DNA of 64,000 nt from positions 7,361 through 71,360 of the forward strand of contig DAOWBH010000001.1 of assembly GCA_030634165.1 (NCBI GenBank), in the 5' to 3' direction. The notes under the pieces are model-generated. The model made no database searches. It was not told the DNA's origin and worked only from the letters and a program-made list of their open reading frames with translations. The first letter of the stretch is position 1. The number at the start of each line of letters is the position of its first letter. Position numbers and translations under genes: made by a program. This DNA comes from Spirochaetota bacterium. GTDB taxonomy: Bacteria > Spirochaetota > JAGLSM01. Positions 50,513 to 61,119 of this stretch are shown in pieces.

Positions 50513-51267
50513 AGTTTATCTCCTGTTACTGATTTTGGAAACAAAGTAATATCACCAAACATCTTATGCTGCTTTACCACAATAGACAGCCTCTTGATCA
50601 TGTGCAGTATTGCTAAAAATACTGTAATAATTTCTCCGCGTCTAACTTCAAATGAAAACAATTCATGAAAAAGGACTTTCCCCTTGATATCAAGAACAGA
50701 CTGTATCTGACGGATTTTTTCTTCAGGATCATAATCCTCTTCAATATCATCAAACACAGAAAAAGTTGGTTTGGTTTTACCTTCCTCACCAATTAACCGT
50801 GAAAAAGCATTTATTAAATCAAAGAGTTTTACTTCTACCCAGTTATCCTCATCATCAGGAAAATCCAGAAGTATCTGATCAGCCTTCCTCTCCAGAACTT
50901 CACTGTTAACTGCAAATGAACTATCCAGAGTACTGGCAGCTTCCTTGAATTTCTGATACTCAAGAAGCTGTTGAACAAGGTCGACCCTCGGATCGTCCTC
51001 CACTTCGAGATCTTCTTCTACAGGCAGCATCATCCTGGATTTTATCAGCATGAGATGGGCGGCCATAACAATAAATTCTGAAGCAATTTCAATATCCAGC
51101 TTTTTCATCAGTCCGATATATTCCAAAAATTGGTCAGTAATTTCTGAAATAGGTATATCGTAAATATTAATTTCGTAATTCCTGACTAAAAATAGAAGAA
51201 GATCCAACGGCCCTTCAAAATTCTGTGTCTTAATATTATAACCGGTATATGAGTTCTTATTATCCAA
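50509..51267 (-). CDS. scpA: segregation and condensation protein A
   Basis: FEGPLDLLLFLVRNYEINIYDIPISEITDQF signature. Confidence 0.8.
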   Translation of the reverse strand: MDNKNSYTGYNIKTQNFEGPLDLLLFLVRNYEINIYDIPISEITDQFLEYIGLMKKLDIEIASEFIVMAAHLMLIKSRMMLPVEEDLEVEDDPRVDLVQQLLEYQKFKEAASTLDSSFAVNSEVLERKADQILLDFPDDEDNWVEVKLFDLINAFSRLIGEEGKTKPTFSVFDDIEEDYDPEEKIRQIQSVLDIKGKVLFHELFSFEVRRGEIITVFLAILHMIKRLSIVVKQHKMFGDITLFPKSVTGDKL

Positions 51268-51275
51268 ATTAAGTA

Positions 51276-52160
51276 TTATCCTGCCTTTTCGTTTTGATTT
51301 CTATCATTATCAATTTTATTAACAAGAATATTATCAATAAGACGAGTGTTTCCAAAAAAAACAGCTAAAGCAACTAAAATTCCGTTTTTTGAATCAATTT
51401 TATTCTCAAGACTCACCGGATCAACAATCTCAAGATAATCAATAAGTACTTCCGACTGCATCTTAATTTTGTCAGCAATTCTTTGCTTTACTTCAACTGC
51501 AGAAACTCCCAACATCAGCATTTCTTCAGCTTCAATAAGACTCTTGTACAAAACCGGCGCCTGACCTCTCTGCTTTTTATTAAGCTTTACATTTCTGGAA
51601 CTCATTGCAAGACCGTCAGACTCTCTGACTATCGGCCCGGTGATTATTTTAACATCAATATTAAGATCCTGCACCATTTTTTTTATTACGGCCGCCTGTT
51701 GATAATCCTTTTCACCAAAAAAGGCATAATCAGGATTTATAATATTAAAAAGCTTCATAACAACAGTTGTAACACCCTTGAAATGAACAGGCCTGCTCTT
51801 GCCGCATAAAACGGAAGTGATTTCTGAGACCTCCACACTTGTCATGTGATCTTCTTTATACATTTGTTCATTACCGGGAACAAAAACAGCTGAAATCCCC
51901 ATTTTTTCAAGCAGCATCAAATCATTATCGAGGGTTCTTGGATAAGCATTTAAATCCTCGCCATGGCCAAACTGTGATGGATTCACATATATACTGACTA
52001 CTGTCTCATCGCATTTCGCAAGAGACATTTTAACAAGTGAAAGATGTCCTTCATGCAGCGCGCCCATTGTAGGAACAAAACCTATACTTTTATCTTTTTT
52101 CTTTATGCTTTTACAGTATTGTCTTATTTTTTCGGGTATTTTTTCAACTATCATCGACAC
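51276..52160 (-). CDS. panC: pantoate--beta-alanine ligase
   Basis: GFVPTMGALHEGHLSL HIGH-type motif. Confidence 0.85.
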   Translation of the reverse strand: MSMIVEKIPEKIRQYCKSIKKKDKSIGFVPTMGALHEGHLSLVKMSLAKCDETVVSIYVNPSQFGHGEDLNAYPRTLDNDLMLLEKMGISAVFVPGNEQMYKEDHMTSVEVSEITSVLCGKSRPVHFKGVTTVVMKLFNIINPDYAFFGEKDYQQAAVIKKMVQDLNIDVKIITGPIVRESDGLAMSSRNVKLNKKQRGQAPVLYKSLIEAEEMLMLGVSAVEVKQRIADKIKMQSEVLIDYLEIVDPVSLENKIDSKNGILVALAVFFGNTRLIDNILVNKIDNDRNQNEKAG

Positions 52161-52948
52161 TAGAATATATTTCCTTCTTCAGGAAATTTTCCCTGCCTTA
52201 CATCGTTTACAAATTCCTCAACTGCAGTCTTTCCTGTATCAAAAAAATTCGCGTAACATTTGTTATGTCTTGGAACCTTACCTTCAGTCATTCCAAGCAT
52301 ATCAGATATAACAAGAACCTGCCCGTCTACATCTCTACCCGCGCCAATTCCGATTGTTGGAACATGAATCTTTTTAGTAATTTTTGCAGCCAGGCCTTCA
52401 GGAATACATTCCAAAACCAGGGCAAATATTCCTGCTTCTTCAAGTGCAAGCGCAGTATTTTTCATCAATTTTTCATCATCCGTATTTTTCCCCTGAACAA
52501 ACATCCCGCCGTATACATTTACACGCTGAGGCATGAGACCTAAATGACCCATTACAGGTATACCGGCATAAACAAGCTCTCTCACAAGAGGAATGATTTC
52601 CATTCCTCCTTCAATCTTCACAGCATTACAGCCGGCTTCCTTTAATGCACGCCCGCAATTCAAAACAGCCTGAGCAATCTCACCTCTATATGATAGAAAC
52701 GGCATGTCAAATACAAGAAAACAGCCTGAGCTTTTTCTTTTTACCGCTTTAGCATGATGAAGCATCTCATCTAATGTTACAGGAAGCGTATTATCCATGC
52801 CAAGAGCTGTATTTGCAAGAGAATCTCCCACAAGGATTATATCAACACCACCCTTACTTGCAAGATCAGCAGTAATTGCGTCATAAGCAGTAAGCATAAC
52901 GATAGGTTTTTTTTCATTCTTTTTAGTCTGAATATCAATTACAGTCAT
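52160..52948 (-). CDS. panB: 3-methyl-2-oxobutanoate hydroxymethyltransferase
   Basis: IVMLTAYDAITA...VGDSLANTALGMDNT signature. Confidence 0.85.
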   Translation of the reverse strand: MTVIDIQTKKNEKKPIVMLTAYDAITADLASKGGVDIILVGDSLANTALGMDNTLPVTLDEMLHHAKAVKRKSSGCFLVFDMPFLSYRGEIAQAVLNCGRALKEAGCNAVKIEGGMEIIPLVRELVYAGIPVMGHLGLMPQRVNVYGGMFVQGKNTDDEKLMKNTALALEEAGIFALVLECIPEGLAAKITKKIHVPTIGIGAGRDVDGQVLVISDMLGMTEGKVPRHNKCYANFFDTGKTAVEEFVNDVRQGKFPEEGNIF

Positions 52949-52967
52949 TTTAACACCAACCTGATAA

Positions 52968-53447
52968 TCATATATTAGTAAACCTCAGAGATTCAGGTCC
53001 ACAGAAAAGTTTTAATTTTTGTTTTTTTACAGATGCTTTTATTTTAAAAGTATCCGGAACAATTTCGTTTACAGGTTTCACAACAAAATATCTTTTCTCC
53101 GCTTCTTTATGCGGAATAGTAAGATTAGTTCTCGAATATTCTCCACCTGACCAGTTAATTATATCAATATCAATCTGCCTGGGCTGCATTTTTTCTTCGT
53201 GGTTCCGCCCCAGATTAGTTTCTATATACTTAATGTATGAGAGCATCTGCTCGGGCATAAGATAAGTTCTATAGTAGACCGCGCAGTTTAAAAAATCACT
53301 CTGGCCTTCAACACCAATGGGTTCTGTTTCATAAACTGAAGATAGAGCAATCAATTCGCCCTTTCTGATCAGAAAAATAACAGACTTAGCAATTGCATCC
53401 AATCGGTCTCCAAGATTTGAACCTAGTGATAATATGTATTTGTTCAT
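52968..53447 (-). CDS. folK: 6-hydroxymethyl-7,8-dihydropterin pyrophosphokinase (HPPK)
   Basis: LSLGSNLGDR motif. The start is chosen at the internal Met (MNKYIL) so that the gene abuts the dapB stop. The longer ORF in the track (to 53504) would overlap dapB by 60 nt. Confidence 0.75.
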   Translation of the reverse strand: MNKYILSLGSNLGDRLDAIAKSVIFLIRKGELIALSSVYETEPIGVEGQSDFLNCAVYYRTYLMPEQMLSYIKYIETNLGRNHEEKMQPRQIDIDIINWSGGEYSRTNLTIPHKEAEKRYFVVKPVNEIVPDTFKIKASVKKQKLKLFCGPESLRFTNI

Positions 53448-54247
53448 TTTAGTTCTAAAACATCCTGCATATTGTACAAACCCGGATCCTTTGAATTTAC
53501 CCAAAGAGCAGCTCTTAGGGCGCCATTACCAAAGGTCATTCTTGATCTTGCCTTATGGCTAAGTTCTACACTCTCTCCTTCGGCAATAAACTGAACCGAG
53601 TGTTCACCTACTATATCTCCGCCGCGTATCGCGTGAATTGCAATTTCATCCCGGGGTCTTTCACCAAGCATCCCTTCCCTGCCGTATAAAACACATTTAT
53701 TCAAGTCACGCCCCATAGCTTCTGCGGCAGCTTCAGCAAGCTGGAGAGCCGTACCGGATGGAGCATCCTTTTTATTGTGATGATGAGCTTCTATTATTTC
53801 AAGGTCAAAACCCTTATTTAGTACCTTTGCCGCCCTGCCAACCAGAAAAGTAAGAAGAGTAATACCGGTGCTGAAGTTCCTCGCATAAACCACAGGAAAT
53901 TTCGCAGAAAATCCTTCAATAAGCCGATAGTCATTATCATCCAACCCGGTAATCCCAATAACAACAGGTTTACCAACAGCCTGTATTAAAGAAATGTTCT
54001 TAGCAAAAGAGTCTTTGCTTGAAAAATCGATTAAAACGTCTGAAGCCCCGGCAGCTTCATCAACAGAACTTGTGATTAAAATTCCCGAAGCTGTTAGACC
54101 GGCAATCACAGACGCATCATTACCAATATCAGGGTGACCTTCAAATTCCACTGCTGCAGAAAGTACCGCTCCGCTATTCTGTGTTACGGCATTTATAAGG
54201 ATCTTCCCCATTCTGCCGCATGCTCCAATTATTCCAATTTTTACCAT
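53444..54247 (-). CDS. dapB: 4-hydroxy-tetrahydrodipicolinate reductase
   Basis: N-terminal MVKIGIIGACGRMGK NAD(P)-binding motif. Length 267 aa. Confidence 0.85.
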   Translation of the reverse strand: MVKIGIIGACGRMGKILINAVTQNSGAVLSAAVEFEGHPDIGNDASVIAGLTASGILITSSVDEAAGASDVLIDFSSKDSFAKNISLIQAVGKPVVIGITGLDDNDYRLIEGFSAKFPVVYARNFSTGITLLTFLVGRAAKVLNKGFDLEIIEAHHHNKKDAPSGTALQLAEAAAEAMGRDLNKCVLYGREGMLGERPRDEIAIHAIRGGDIVGEHSVQFIAEGESVELSHKARSRMTFGNGALRAALWVNSKDPGLYNMQDVLELK

Positions 54248-54381
54248 AACATCACCTGTTTTCTAAGTTACGGGCACCTCAAAACCCGATGCTTCGACAA
54301 AAGCTCAGTACACGTAAAAGAGGGTTTTTACCTCTTTTTTGCCCGCAAGGGTACCTTCAAATTAAGTAAATAGAGGTATCC
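54248..54381 (-). promoter_or_regulatory. Structured intergenic RNA segment between dapA and dapB (several GC-rich stem-loops; possible attenuator or leader)
   Basis: On the minus strand: UUGCGGGCA pairs with UGCCCGUAA, AGAGG-loop-CCUCUUUU, and CGGG-loop-CCCG. There is no room for a full-length riboswitch I can recognise. Confidence 0.25.
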
Positions 54382-55260
54382 TTATAAAATACCAAAAATT
54401 TTCATTTCTTTTTCCAGAAGCTTCTTTTTGGAATCAGACATTGCAGTAAGGGGCATCCTGATTTCAGATGATATTTTCCCCATTAAATTAAGCGCCGCCT
54501 TAACCGGAATAGGATTTGTTTCCAGAAAAAGAGTATTGCTAAGAGCCAGCTGATTCAAGTGAATATCCCTGGCAGAATTTATATCGCCAGTTTCGAAGAA
54601 TTTTATCATATCACTCATAGACTTTGGAGCTATATTTGCTAAAACAGATATTACACCTGCCCCGCCTGCTGCAAGCAAAGGAAGCACAATCGCGTCATCA
54701 CCCGAAAGAAGACAAAAATCCTCGCCTCTTAAGAGACTGAGCGTTTTACTTGCCTGTTCCACAGAACCGGTCGCATCCTTTAATCCAACAATGTTTTTAA
54801 ATTCCTTCACCAGTTGTGCTGCAGTTTCAGGCAGCATATTGACAGCAGTCCTACCGGGAACATTGTATAGAATTATTGGAATATCGGTATTCTCTGCAAT
54901 AGCTTTATAATGAAGATAAAGCCCCTGTTGTGTCGGTTTATTGTAATATGGCGTAATTATCAAGGCTGCATCGGCACCCGCTTCCTGTGCGTGCTTTGTC
55001 AATTTTATCGCTGTTTCTGTAGAATTTGATCCGGTTCCCGCAATAACAGGAACCCTTTTGTTTACTTTTTTTATTACGAATTCAATAACAGACTTATGCT
55101 CTTCTTCAGTCAGGGTTGCAGACTCGCCGGTTGTTCCGCAAGGCACTATACCGGCGGTTCCGTTATTAATCTGAAATTCTATTAATTCGGATAACTTATC
55201 AAAATCTATCTTTCCGCCGCTTAATGGGGTTACAATTGCAACAAAACTTCCTTTAAACAT
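54382..55260 (-). CDS. dapA: 4-hydroxy-tetrahydrodipicolinate synthase
   Basis: GTTGESATLT motif and a Schiff-base Lys region. Length 292 aa. Confidence 0.85.
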   Translation of the reverse strand: MFKGSFVAIVTPLSGGKIDFDKLSELIEFQINNGTAGIVPCGTTGESATLTEEEHKSVIEFVIKKVNKRVPVIAGTGSNSTETAIKLTKHAQEAGADAALIITPYYNKPTQQGLYLHYKAIAENTDIPIILYNVPGRTAVNMLPETAAQLVKEFKNIVGLKDATGSVEQASKTLSLLRGEDFCLLSGDDAIVLPLLAAGGAGVISVLANIAPKSMSDMIKFFETGDINSARDIHLNQLALSNTLFLETNPIPVKAALNLMGKISSEIRMPLTAMSDSKKKLLEKEMKIFGIL

Positions 55261-55296
55261 AAAATACCTCCGGATTTAATAATAGCCGCCGGTGAA

Positions 55297-56505
55297 TTAT
55301 TCCGTACGACGGTCTCTAAGCGCAGCATACTTAACCTGTAAACCAAATAAATTGATAAAACCTTCCGCGTCTTTCTGGTTATAAACATCATCTTCTTCGA
55401 ATGTGGCAAGAGCCTCATCATACATGCTGTATTTACTCTTACGCCCCATAACAATTACATTCCCCTTATACAGCCGCATCTTAACAAGACCTGTTACCTT
55501 CTCCTGGGTTTTTTCAATAAACGCGTCCAGGGCTTCTTTGAGAGGAGTAAACCATTCACCATTATATATCATTTCAGCATATTTTATAGCTATTTGCTGT
55601 TTGTAATGCATAGTAGACTTATCAAGAACGAGACTCTCAATCTGCTGATGTGCTGAATACAGAATAGTTGATCCCGGAGTCTCATATACACCCCTGCTTT
55701 TTATCCCGACAAGACGGTTTTCAACTATATCCACACGGCCTATCCCATGCCTTCCGCCAATCTTATTGAGTTCAATTAAGAGTTCCATCGGCTCCATCTT
55801 TTTACCGTTTATTGAAACCACAATACCCTTTTCAAAACCAAGTTCTATATCCTCATATTCATCAGGAGTATCCATAAGATTATTTGATAAAACAAACATA
55901 TCATCATTGGGGGGATTCCATGGATCTTCCAGAACTCCTCCCTCAAAGGAAATGTGCATGAGATTTCTGTCACTTGAATAAGGTTTGGATTTTGTAACCG
56001 GAACCGGAATCCCCTTCTCTTTCGCATAATCTATTAAATCGCTGCGTGATTTCATATCCCATATTCTCCATGGGGATATTATCTCAAGATCCGGAGCAAG
56101 CGCTTTGAAAGTTAATTCAAAACGAACCTGATCATTACCCTTTCCGGTACAGCCATGCGCGATTGCAACGGCACCCTCTTTGCGCGCGATCTCAACCTGT
56201 CTTTTCGCGATTATCGGGCGGGCAAGAGATGTACCAAGAAGGTAAAGATCTTCATAAACAGCATGCGCCTTTACGGCCTGAAATACATAATCTTCAACGA
56301 ATTCTTTTCTAAGATCCTCAATGTAAATCTTGCTTGCTCCGGTATTTTTTGCTTTTTCTTCAAGCCCTGTTAAATCCTCACCCAGCCCTACCTCCGCGGC
56401 ATAGGCAATAACCTCCGCATCATATGTATCCTTGAGCCATGTAAGTATAACAGAAGTATCAAGTCCTCCGGAATACGCAAGCACAATCTTCTTTTTTGCT
56501 GCCAT
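55297..56505 (-). CDS. argG: argininosuccinate synthase
   Basis: N-terminal [12 protein letters not shown]-loop. Length 402 aa. Confidence 0.9.
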   Translation of the reverse strand: MAAKKKIVLAYSGGLDTSVILTWLKDTYDAEVIAYAAEVGLGEDLTGLEEKAKNTGASKIYIEDLRKEFVEDYVFQAVKAHAVYEDLYLLGTSLARPIIAKRQVEIARKEGAVAIAHGCTGKGNDQVRFELTFKALAPDLEIISPWRIWDMKSRSDLIDYAKEKGIPVPVTKSKPYSSDRNLMHISFEGGVLEDPWNPPNDDMFVLSNNLMDTPDEYEDIELGFEKGIVVSINGKKMEPMELLIELNKIGGRHGIGRVDIVENRLVGIKSRGVYETPGSTILYSAHQQIESLVLDKSTMHYKQQIAIKYAEMIYNGEWFTPLKEALDAFIEKTQEKVTGLVKMRLYKGNVIVMGRKSKYSMYDEALATFEEDDVYNQKDAEGFINLFGLQVKYAALRDRRTE

Positions 56506-56647
56506 TTAAAACTCCATAACATCTATAATAAATTCAAAAAAATATCAATAGTAAACGCCCATAAAAATTATATAAAATAAAAGAATAAACCAATTAATTT
56601 ATTGGAGAATGATTTTTATTTTAGGCAAAAATATGAGTTCTTATCAA

Positions 56648-56715
56648 CCGCTGACCTAACCCTATCCCTTCCCTCGAAGGGAAGGGTACTGTTGAAAATT
56701 AATTTCGAGCATTTC
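56648..56715. repeat. Dispersed hairpin repeat, copy B (CCTAACCCTATCCCTTCCCT-CGAA-GGGAAGGG...TTGAAAATTAATTTCGAGCATTT)
   Basis: Matches copy A at 30606-30680, with a shorter loop. Intergenic between argG and argF. Confidence 0.7.
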
Positions 56716-56770
56716 TTTATCTATAGGGGCTAAGGGGAATAGGTAAATCTACCTATATCTAAAGACTGCA

Positions 56771-57706
56771 TCACCCCATTAATAATGCAAGTACAGCTTT
56801 TTGAGCATGGAGTCTGTTTTCGGACTGATCAAATACAACAGAATGACTTCCGTCAATAACATCAGCACTGATCTCTTCTCCACGATGAGCCGGCAGACAG
56901 TGCATAACAATAACATCATCCTTGGCATTTGCAAGCAAAGATTCATTAACGCAGTAGTTTTTAAAAATTTCAGTTCTTTTTTCTTTTTCGGACTCCTGCC
57001 CCATACTTGTCCATACATCAGTGTATATAACATCAGCATCCTTTACAGCAGCCGTATAATCACTGGTAATCTCAAGTTTTGCACCGGAAACATCAGCCTT
57101 GTCAGCAACAGAATCGAGGAGTTTTCTATCCAGCATATATCCTTCAGGAGAAACAGATACAAAATTCATTCCGGCATGGGCACAAGCAAAGGCCAGCGAT
57201 ACAGCAACATTATTACCGTCTCCCACATAAACAAGCTTCTTTCCCTTTAAACTTCCTTTATGCTCTTGAATTGTAAGAACATCAGCAAGAGCCTGGCATG
57301 GATGAGAAAAATCTGAAAGGCCGTTAATAACAGGAATAGACGCGGATTTCCCCATCTTTATAACATTATCGTGAGCGTATGTCCTTAACATAATTCCATC
57401 TGTCCATCTCTCAAGATTTTTGGCTACATCGCTTACCGACTCTCTCTCTCCAAGTTTAAAATTTGTCTGCGACAGGGATATTGAGGCACCGCCCAGGTGA
57501 AGCATCGCAACTTCAAAAGTAACTCTGGTCCTTAAAGATGCTTTTTCAAAAATCATTGCCAGAGTTTTGCCTTTTAAAATTGGTTTATTTGATCTTTTTT
57601 TCTTCCACTCTGCTTTTAATTTTTTTGCTGTTTCCAGAATAAGGTGAAATTCATCAGTTGTTATCCTGTCAAGACTAATAAGGTCTTTGTTGTTTAATCT
57701 TTTCAT
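56771..57706 (-). CDS. argF: ornithine carbamoyltransferase
   Basis: S(L)RTR carbamoyl-phosphate motif and the HCLP motif. Confidence 0.85.
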   Translation of the reverse strand: MKRLNNKDLISLDRITTDEFHLILETAKKLKAEWKKKRSNKPILKGKTLAMIFEKASLRTRVTFEVAMLHLGGASISLSQTNFKLGERESVSDVAKNLERWTDGIMLRTYAHDNVIKMGKSASIPVINGLSDFSHPCQALADVLTIQEHKGSLKGKKLVYVGDGNNVAVSLAFACAHAGMNFVSVSPEGYMLDRKLLDSVADKADVSGAKLEITSDYTAAVKDADVIYTDVWTSMGQESEKEKRTEIFKNYCVNESLLANAKDDVIVMHCLPAHRGEEISADVIDGSHSVVFDQSENRLHAQKAVLALLMG

Positions 57707-57789
57707 CGTGAACCCCGGTTTTGATTATTTTTTATACCCAAAATAGTTTTATTACAAATTTTTACAAATGACGGTTATATGATTTTGTA

Positions 57790-58653
57790 TTAGATATGAA
57801 ACTCGGTACCTATCCCGCCGGTTGTAAACACTTCCAGGAGCAGGGAATGCTCTAGTGTTCCATTGATTATATGAACTTTTTTGACTCCGGCATCTATACT
57901 GCCAATAATAGAGTTGACCTTTGGAAGCATTCCGCCGCTTATAATACCATCTTTCATCAGCTTAATCGATTCATCTTTTGAAATGGATGAAATAAGATCC
58001 TTCTTATTTTCAAAATCCCTGAATATCCCCTGTACATCTGTAAGAAAGATAAGCTTTTCAGCGCCGATTGCCTCGGCAATTTTACCGGCGACAATATCCG
58101 CATTAACATTATAGGTCTTGCCGTCATTCCCGCCCGCAATAGGAGAAATGACAGGAATAAAACTGCCCTTTTCCAGATTCTGTAAAATTGCGGTATCGAC
58201 ACTATCAATAGTACCGACATGTCCGTAATCATAGCCCTTACTATCACGGTATGCGGAAGCATATAAAAAAGGACCATCCTTACCTGAAATACCTACAGCA
58301 TTGCCGCCATGCTTATTTATTAGAGTAACTATGTCCTTGTTTGCCTTACCGGATAAGACCATCTCAACAACACCAATTTCATCATCACCTGTTACTCTCA
58401 GACCATCCCTGAATTCTGATTCAAACCCAAATTTATCGAGAACATCTGATATATGCTTCCCGCCTCCATGGACAACAACCACATTTATTCCTACAAGTTT
58501 TAATAATACAAGATCCTGAGCAACCATTTCCTTTAATTCAGGATTGATCATCGCACTCCCGCCGTATTTTATAACAAAAGTTTTTCCATAAAATTCCCTG
58601 ATATATGGAAGAACCTCAAGAAGTACCTTAGCTTTTTTAATTTTTTCCTGCAT
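57790..58653 (-). CDS. argB: acetylglutamate kinase
   Basis: Amino-acid-kinase fold motifs (VIKYGGSAM, VVVHGGG). Confidence 0.85.
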   Translation of the reverse strand: MQEKIKKAKVLLEVLPYIREFYGKTFVIKYGGSAMINPELKEMVAQDLVLLKLVGINVVVVHGGGKHISDVLDKFGFESEFRDGLRVTGDDEIGVVEMVLSGKANKDIVTLINKHGGNAVGISGKDGPFLYASAYRDSKGYDYGHVGTIDSVDTAILQNLEKGSFIPVISPIAGGNDGKTYNVNADIVAGKIAEAIGAEKLIFLTDVQGIFRDFENKKDLISSISKDESIKLMKDGIISGGMLPKVNSIIGSIDAGVKKVHIINGTLEHSLLLEVFTTGGIGTEFHI

Positions 58654-58661
58654 TTGAATTC

Positions 58662-59894
58662 CTAAGAATAATGTGAATTAATTTTAACATAATCATAAGT
58701 CAGGTCTGTTGTATATACATAATCACTTGCATGACCAATACCCAGATTTACCAGTAAATCAATACTTCTCTTATTTAACAACTGACGTCCCTCAACTCTG
58801 CTGAGACCGCATCCCGCACCGCCAAGACAAATGGCGGTATTATTAATAAAAATGTCTATCTTATCAGGTTTTATTGAAACACCCGATGCTCCAATAGCCT
58901 GCATAATTCTTCCCCAGTTTGAGGATTGCCCGTAAAAAGCAGTCTTAACCAAAGGAGAATTTGCGATTTCCCGTGCAATTTTTTCAGCGTCAGTTTTTTT
59001 TGAGGCGCCTTTGACCCGGATTTTAATAACCTTGCTGACACCTTCTCCATCATTTACGATATCATGAGCCAGAGCCTCGCAAATCTGCAGCAGAGCATTT
59101 TCAAAAATAGAATAATTACTCCCATCCCTATTAATTAGAACATTATTCTGAACGCTGTTGGCAATAAGAAAGACAGAATCATTTGTACTCATCTGTCCAT
59201 CAACAGTTATTTTGTTAAATGAATGCTTTACCGAATAGCGGAGAGCCTTGTGCATCATATCCGTAGATATATTTGCATCTGTGGTTAAAAAGGCCAGCAT
59301 GGTTGCCATATTGGGGTTTATCATCCCGGAACCCTTTGCAATACCGCCTATGGTAATTGTTTTCCCGCCAATTTTACAAACTACCTTTGCAATTTTCCTT
59401 CTTGTATCAGTTGTCATTATCGCGTCTGTAGCGTTTCTGACGTTATTCTCTATCATTATTTTTCTTTTTATTTTTGTGATGCCGTAATCAACGGACTGCA
59501 TAGGAAGATTAACGCCAATTACTCCGGTTGATGCTACAAGCGTTGAACCCGGGGGAGTTTCAAAAATCTCACAGGTTTTTTTTACCATAGCTCTTGCGTC
59601 TTTCATCCCTTGTTTACCTGTACAGGCATTAGCATTACCACTATTACAGATAATAGTATGAATTTTGTTATTTATATTGGATTTGGAAACCCTTAATGGG
59701 GCTGCTTTGATCTTATTTGTAGTAAATACAGCTGTCGCATTGCATTTATCTTTGGAATAAATAATACAAAGATCTTTCTTTCCACTTTGTTTGATACCGC
59801 ATGATATGCCGTTTGCTATAAATCCGGATGGAGCGATAACTCCTCCTTCATTTTTATAAAGAATTATACTGTCTAAAATTTTTTTATTAACCAT
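58662..59894 (-). CDS. argJ: bifunctional glutamate N-acetyltransferase / amino-acid acetyltransferase
   Basis: ATML autoprocessing site (MATMLAFLTTDA). Length 410 aa. Confidence 0.85.
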   Translation of the reverse strand: MVNKKILDSIILYKNEGGVIAPSGFIANGISCGIKQSGKKDLCIIYSKDKCNATAVFTTNKIKAAPLRVSKSNINNKIHTIICNSGNANACTGKQGMKDARAMVKKTCEIFETPPGSTLVASTGVIGVNLPMQSVDYGITKIKRKIMIENNVRNATDAIMTTDTRRKIAKVVCKIGGKTITIGGIAKGSGMINPNMATMLAFLTTDANISTDMMHKALRYSVKHSFNKITVDGQMSTNDSVFLIANSVQNNVLINRDGSNYSIFENALLQICEALAHDIVNDGEGVSKVIKIRVKGASKKTDAEKIAREIANSPLVKTAFYGQSSNWGRIMQAIGASGVSIKPDKIDIFINNTAICLGGAGCGLSRVEGRQLLNKRSIDLLVNLGIGHASDYVYTTDLTYDYVKINSHYS

Positions 59895-60075
59895 AATATC
59901 CCCATTCCAATTCGTATAATCCCTTAATAAATTGAGCCGGTTTCATTCAGTAAACAAATGTCTGATGCCCTATTATTATAATAGGTCGGCAAAAAAGTTC
60001 AATAATCCTTCTTTTTTTCTTTTAAAAAAACACAGCTTTTAAGACAACTCCAAAAGAAATTATTCAGAATCATGC

Positions 60076-61119
60076 TTAAATAAGAGCTTCTCTTTCATCA
60101 AAACCAAACCGGACATTGAAGTTCTGTACGGCTTGTCCCGCGGCACCTTTTATAAGATTATCAATAGCGCTTATTGCTATCAGCGTCCCAGGCTGCCCGG
60201 AAGGTACAACAGTCATCCAGCAAAGATTGGTCCCTTCAACCTTACCGGTTTGCGGAAGCTCCTTTTGTGTTACCCTGATAAACGGCTCCCCTTCGTATTT
60301 TTTAGCCAGAAGTTCGATACAATCTTCAGCCTTCTTTGAAGAATTGAAATAAATGGTAGACAGTATACCTCTTTTCATGGGAACAAGATGCGGAGTAAAA
60401 ATTGTTTTGAAGACACCATTTTTTATCAGGGAAATTTCCTGGGAAATTTCAGGTGTATGCCTGTGAGTTCCAATAGCATATGCTCTGAAATTTTCATATA
60501 TTTCCATAAAGGTTGCATCAGAATTAACCTTACGCCCCATACCTGAAACAGCTGATTTTGAATCGATAATGATTAAACCCGGATCAATAAATTCTGACTG
60601 AATGAGAGGCAGTAACGGCAATAACGCGCTTGTAGGATAGCATCCCGGATTAGCTATGATTTTAGCATTTTTTACAGAGTCACGATAAAGCTCTGTTAAA
60701 CCATAGACTGCATCCTCCAAAATTCCGGTCTGTGTATGCTCATGTTTGTAATATGCTTCATATACAGACTTGTCCTTAATTCTGAAACCCGCGGACAAGT
60801 CTATCACAACAGAATCTTTCAGGAATACTTCAGCATTCTGTATTGATACTTCAGCCGGAAGAGCAAAAAACACAACATCAGCAAGACCGGCCTGTTTATG
60901 CGGATTGAGATTTTCGAATTCCATTTCCGCCATTGTCATATCTGTACTGCCGGAAGAATAATTAAGCAATTCCGGAAGAAATTCAACAATCTTTCTCCCC
61001 GCGAACCTCTCGGAAGTAAGAAAAACAAGTTCAGCATTCTTATGGGCCGCAAGAATCTTTACGAGTTCAAGACCGCTAAAACCTGCCGCGCCCAGTATTC
61101 CTACTTTGATCCTTTTCAA
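60076..61119 (-). CDS. argC: N-acetyl-gamma-glutamyl-phosphate reductase
   Basis: N-terminal GILGAAGFSGLEL Rossmann motif and a catalytic Cys region (PGCYPT). Confidence 0.85.
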   Translation of the reverse strand: MKRIKVGILGAAGFSGLELVKILAAHKNAELVFLTSERFAGRKIVEFLPELLNYSSGSTDMTMAEMEFENLNPHKQAGLADVVFFALPAEVSIQNAEVFLKDSVVIDLSAGFRIKDKSVYEAYYKHEHTQTGILEDAVYGLTELYRDSVKNAKIIANPGCYPTSALLPLLPLIQSEFIDPGLIIIDSKSAVSGMGRKVNSDATFMEIYENFRAYAIGTHRHTPEISQEISLIKNGVFKTIFTPHLVPMKRGILSTIYFNSSKKAEDCIELLAKKYEGEPFIRVTQKELPQTGKVEGTNLCWMTVVPSGQPGTLIAISAIDNLIKGAAGQAVQNFNVRFGFDEREALI

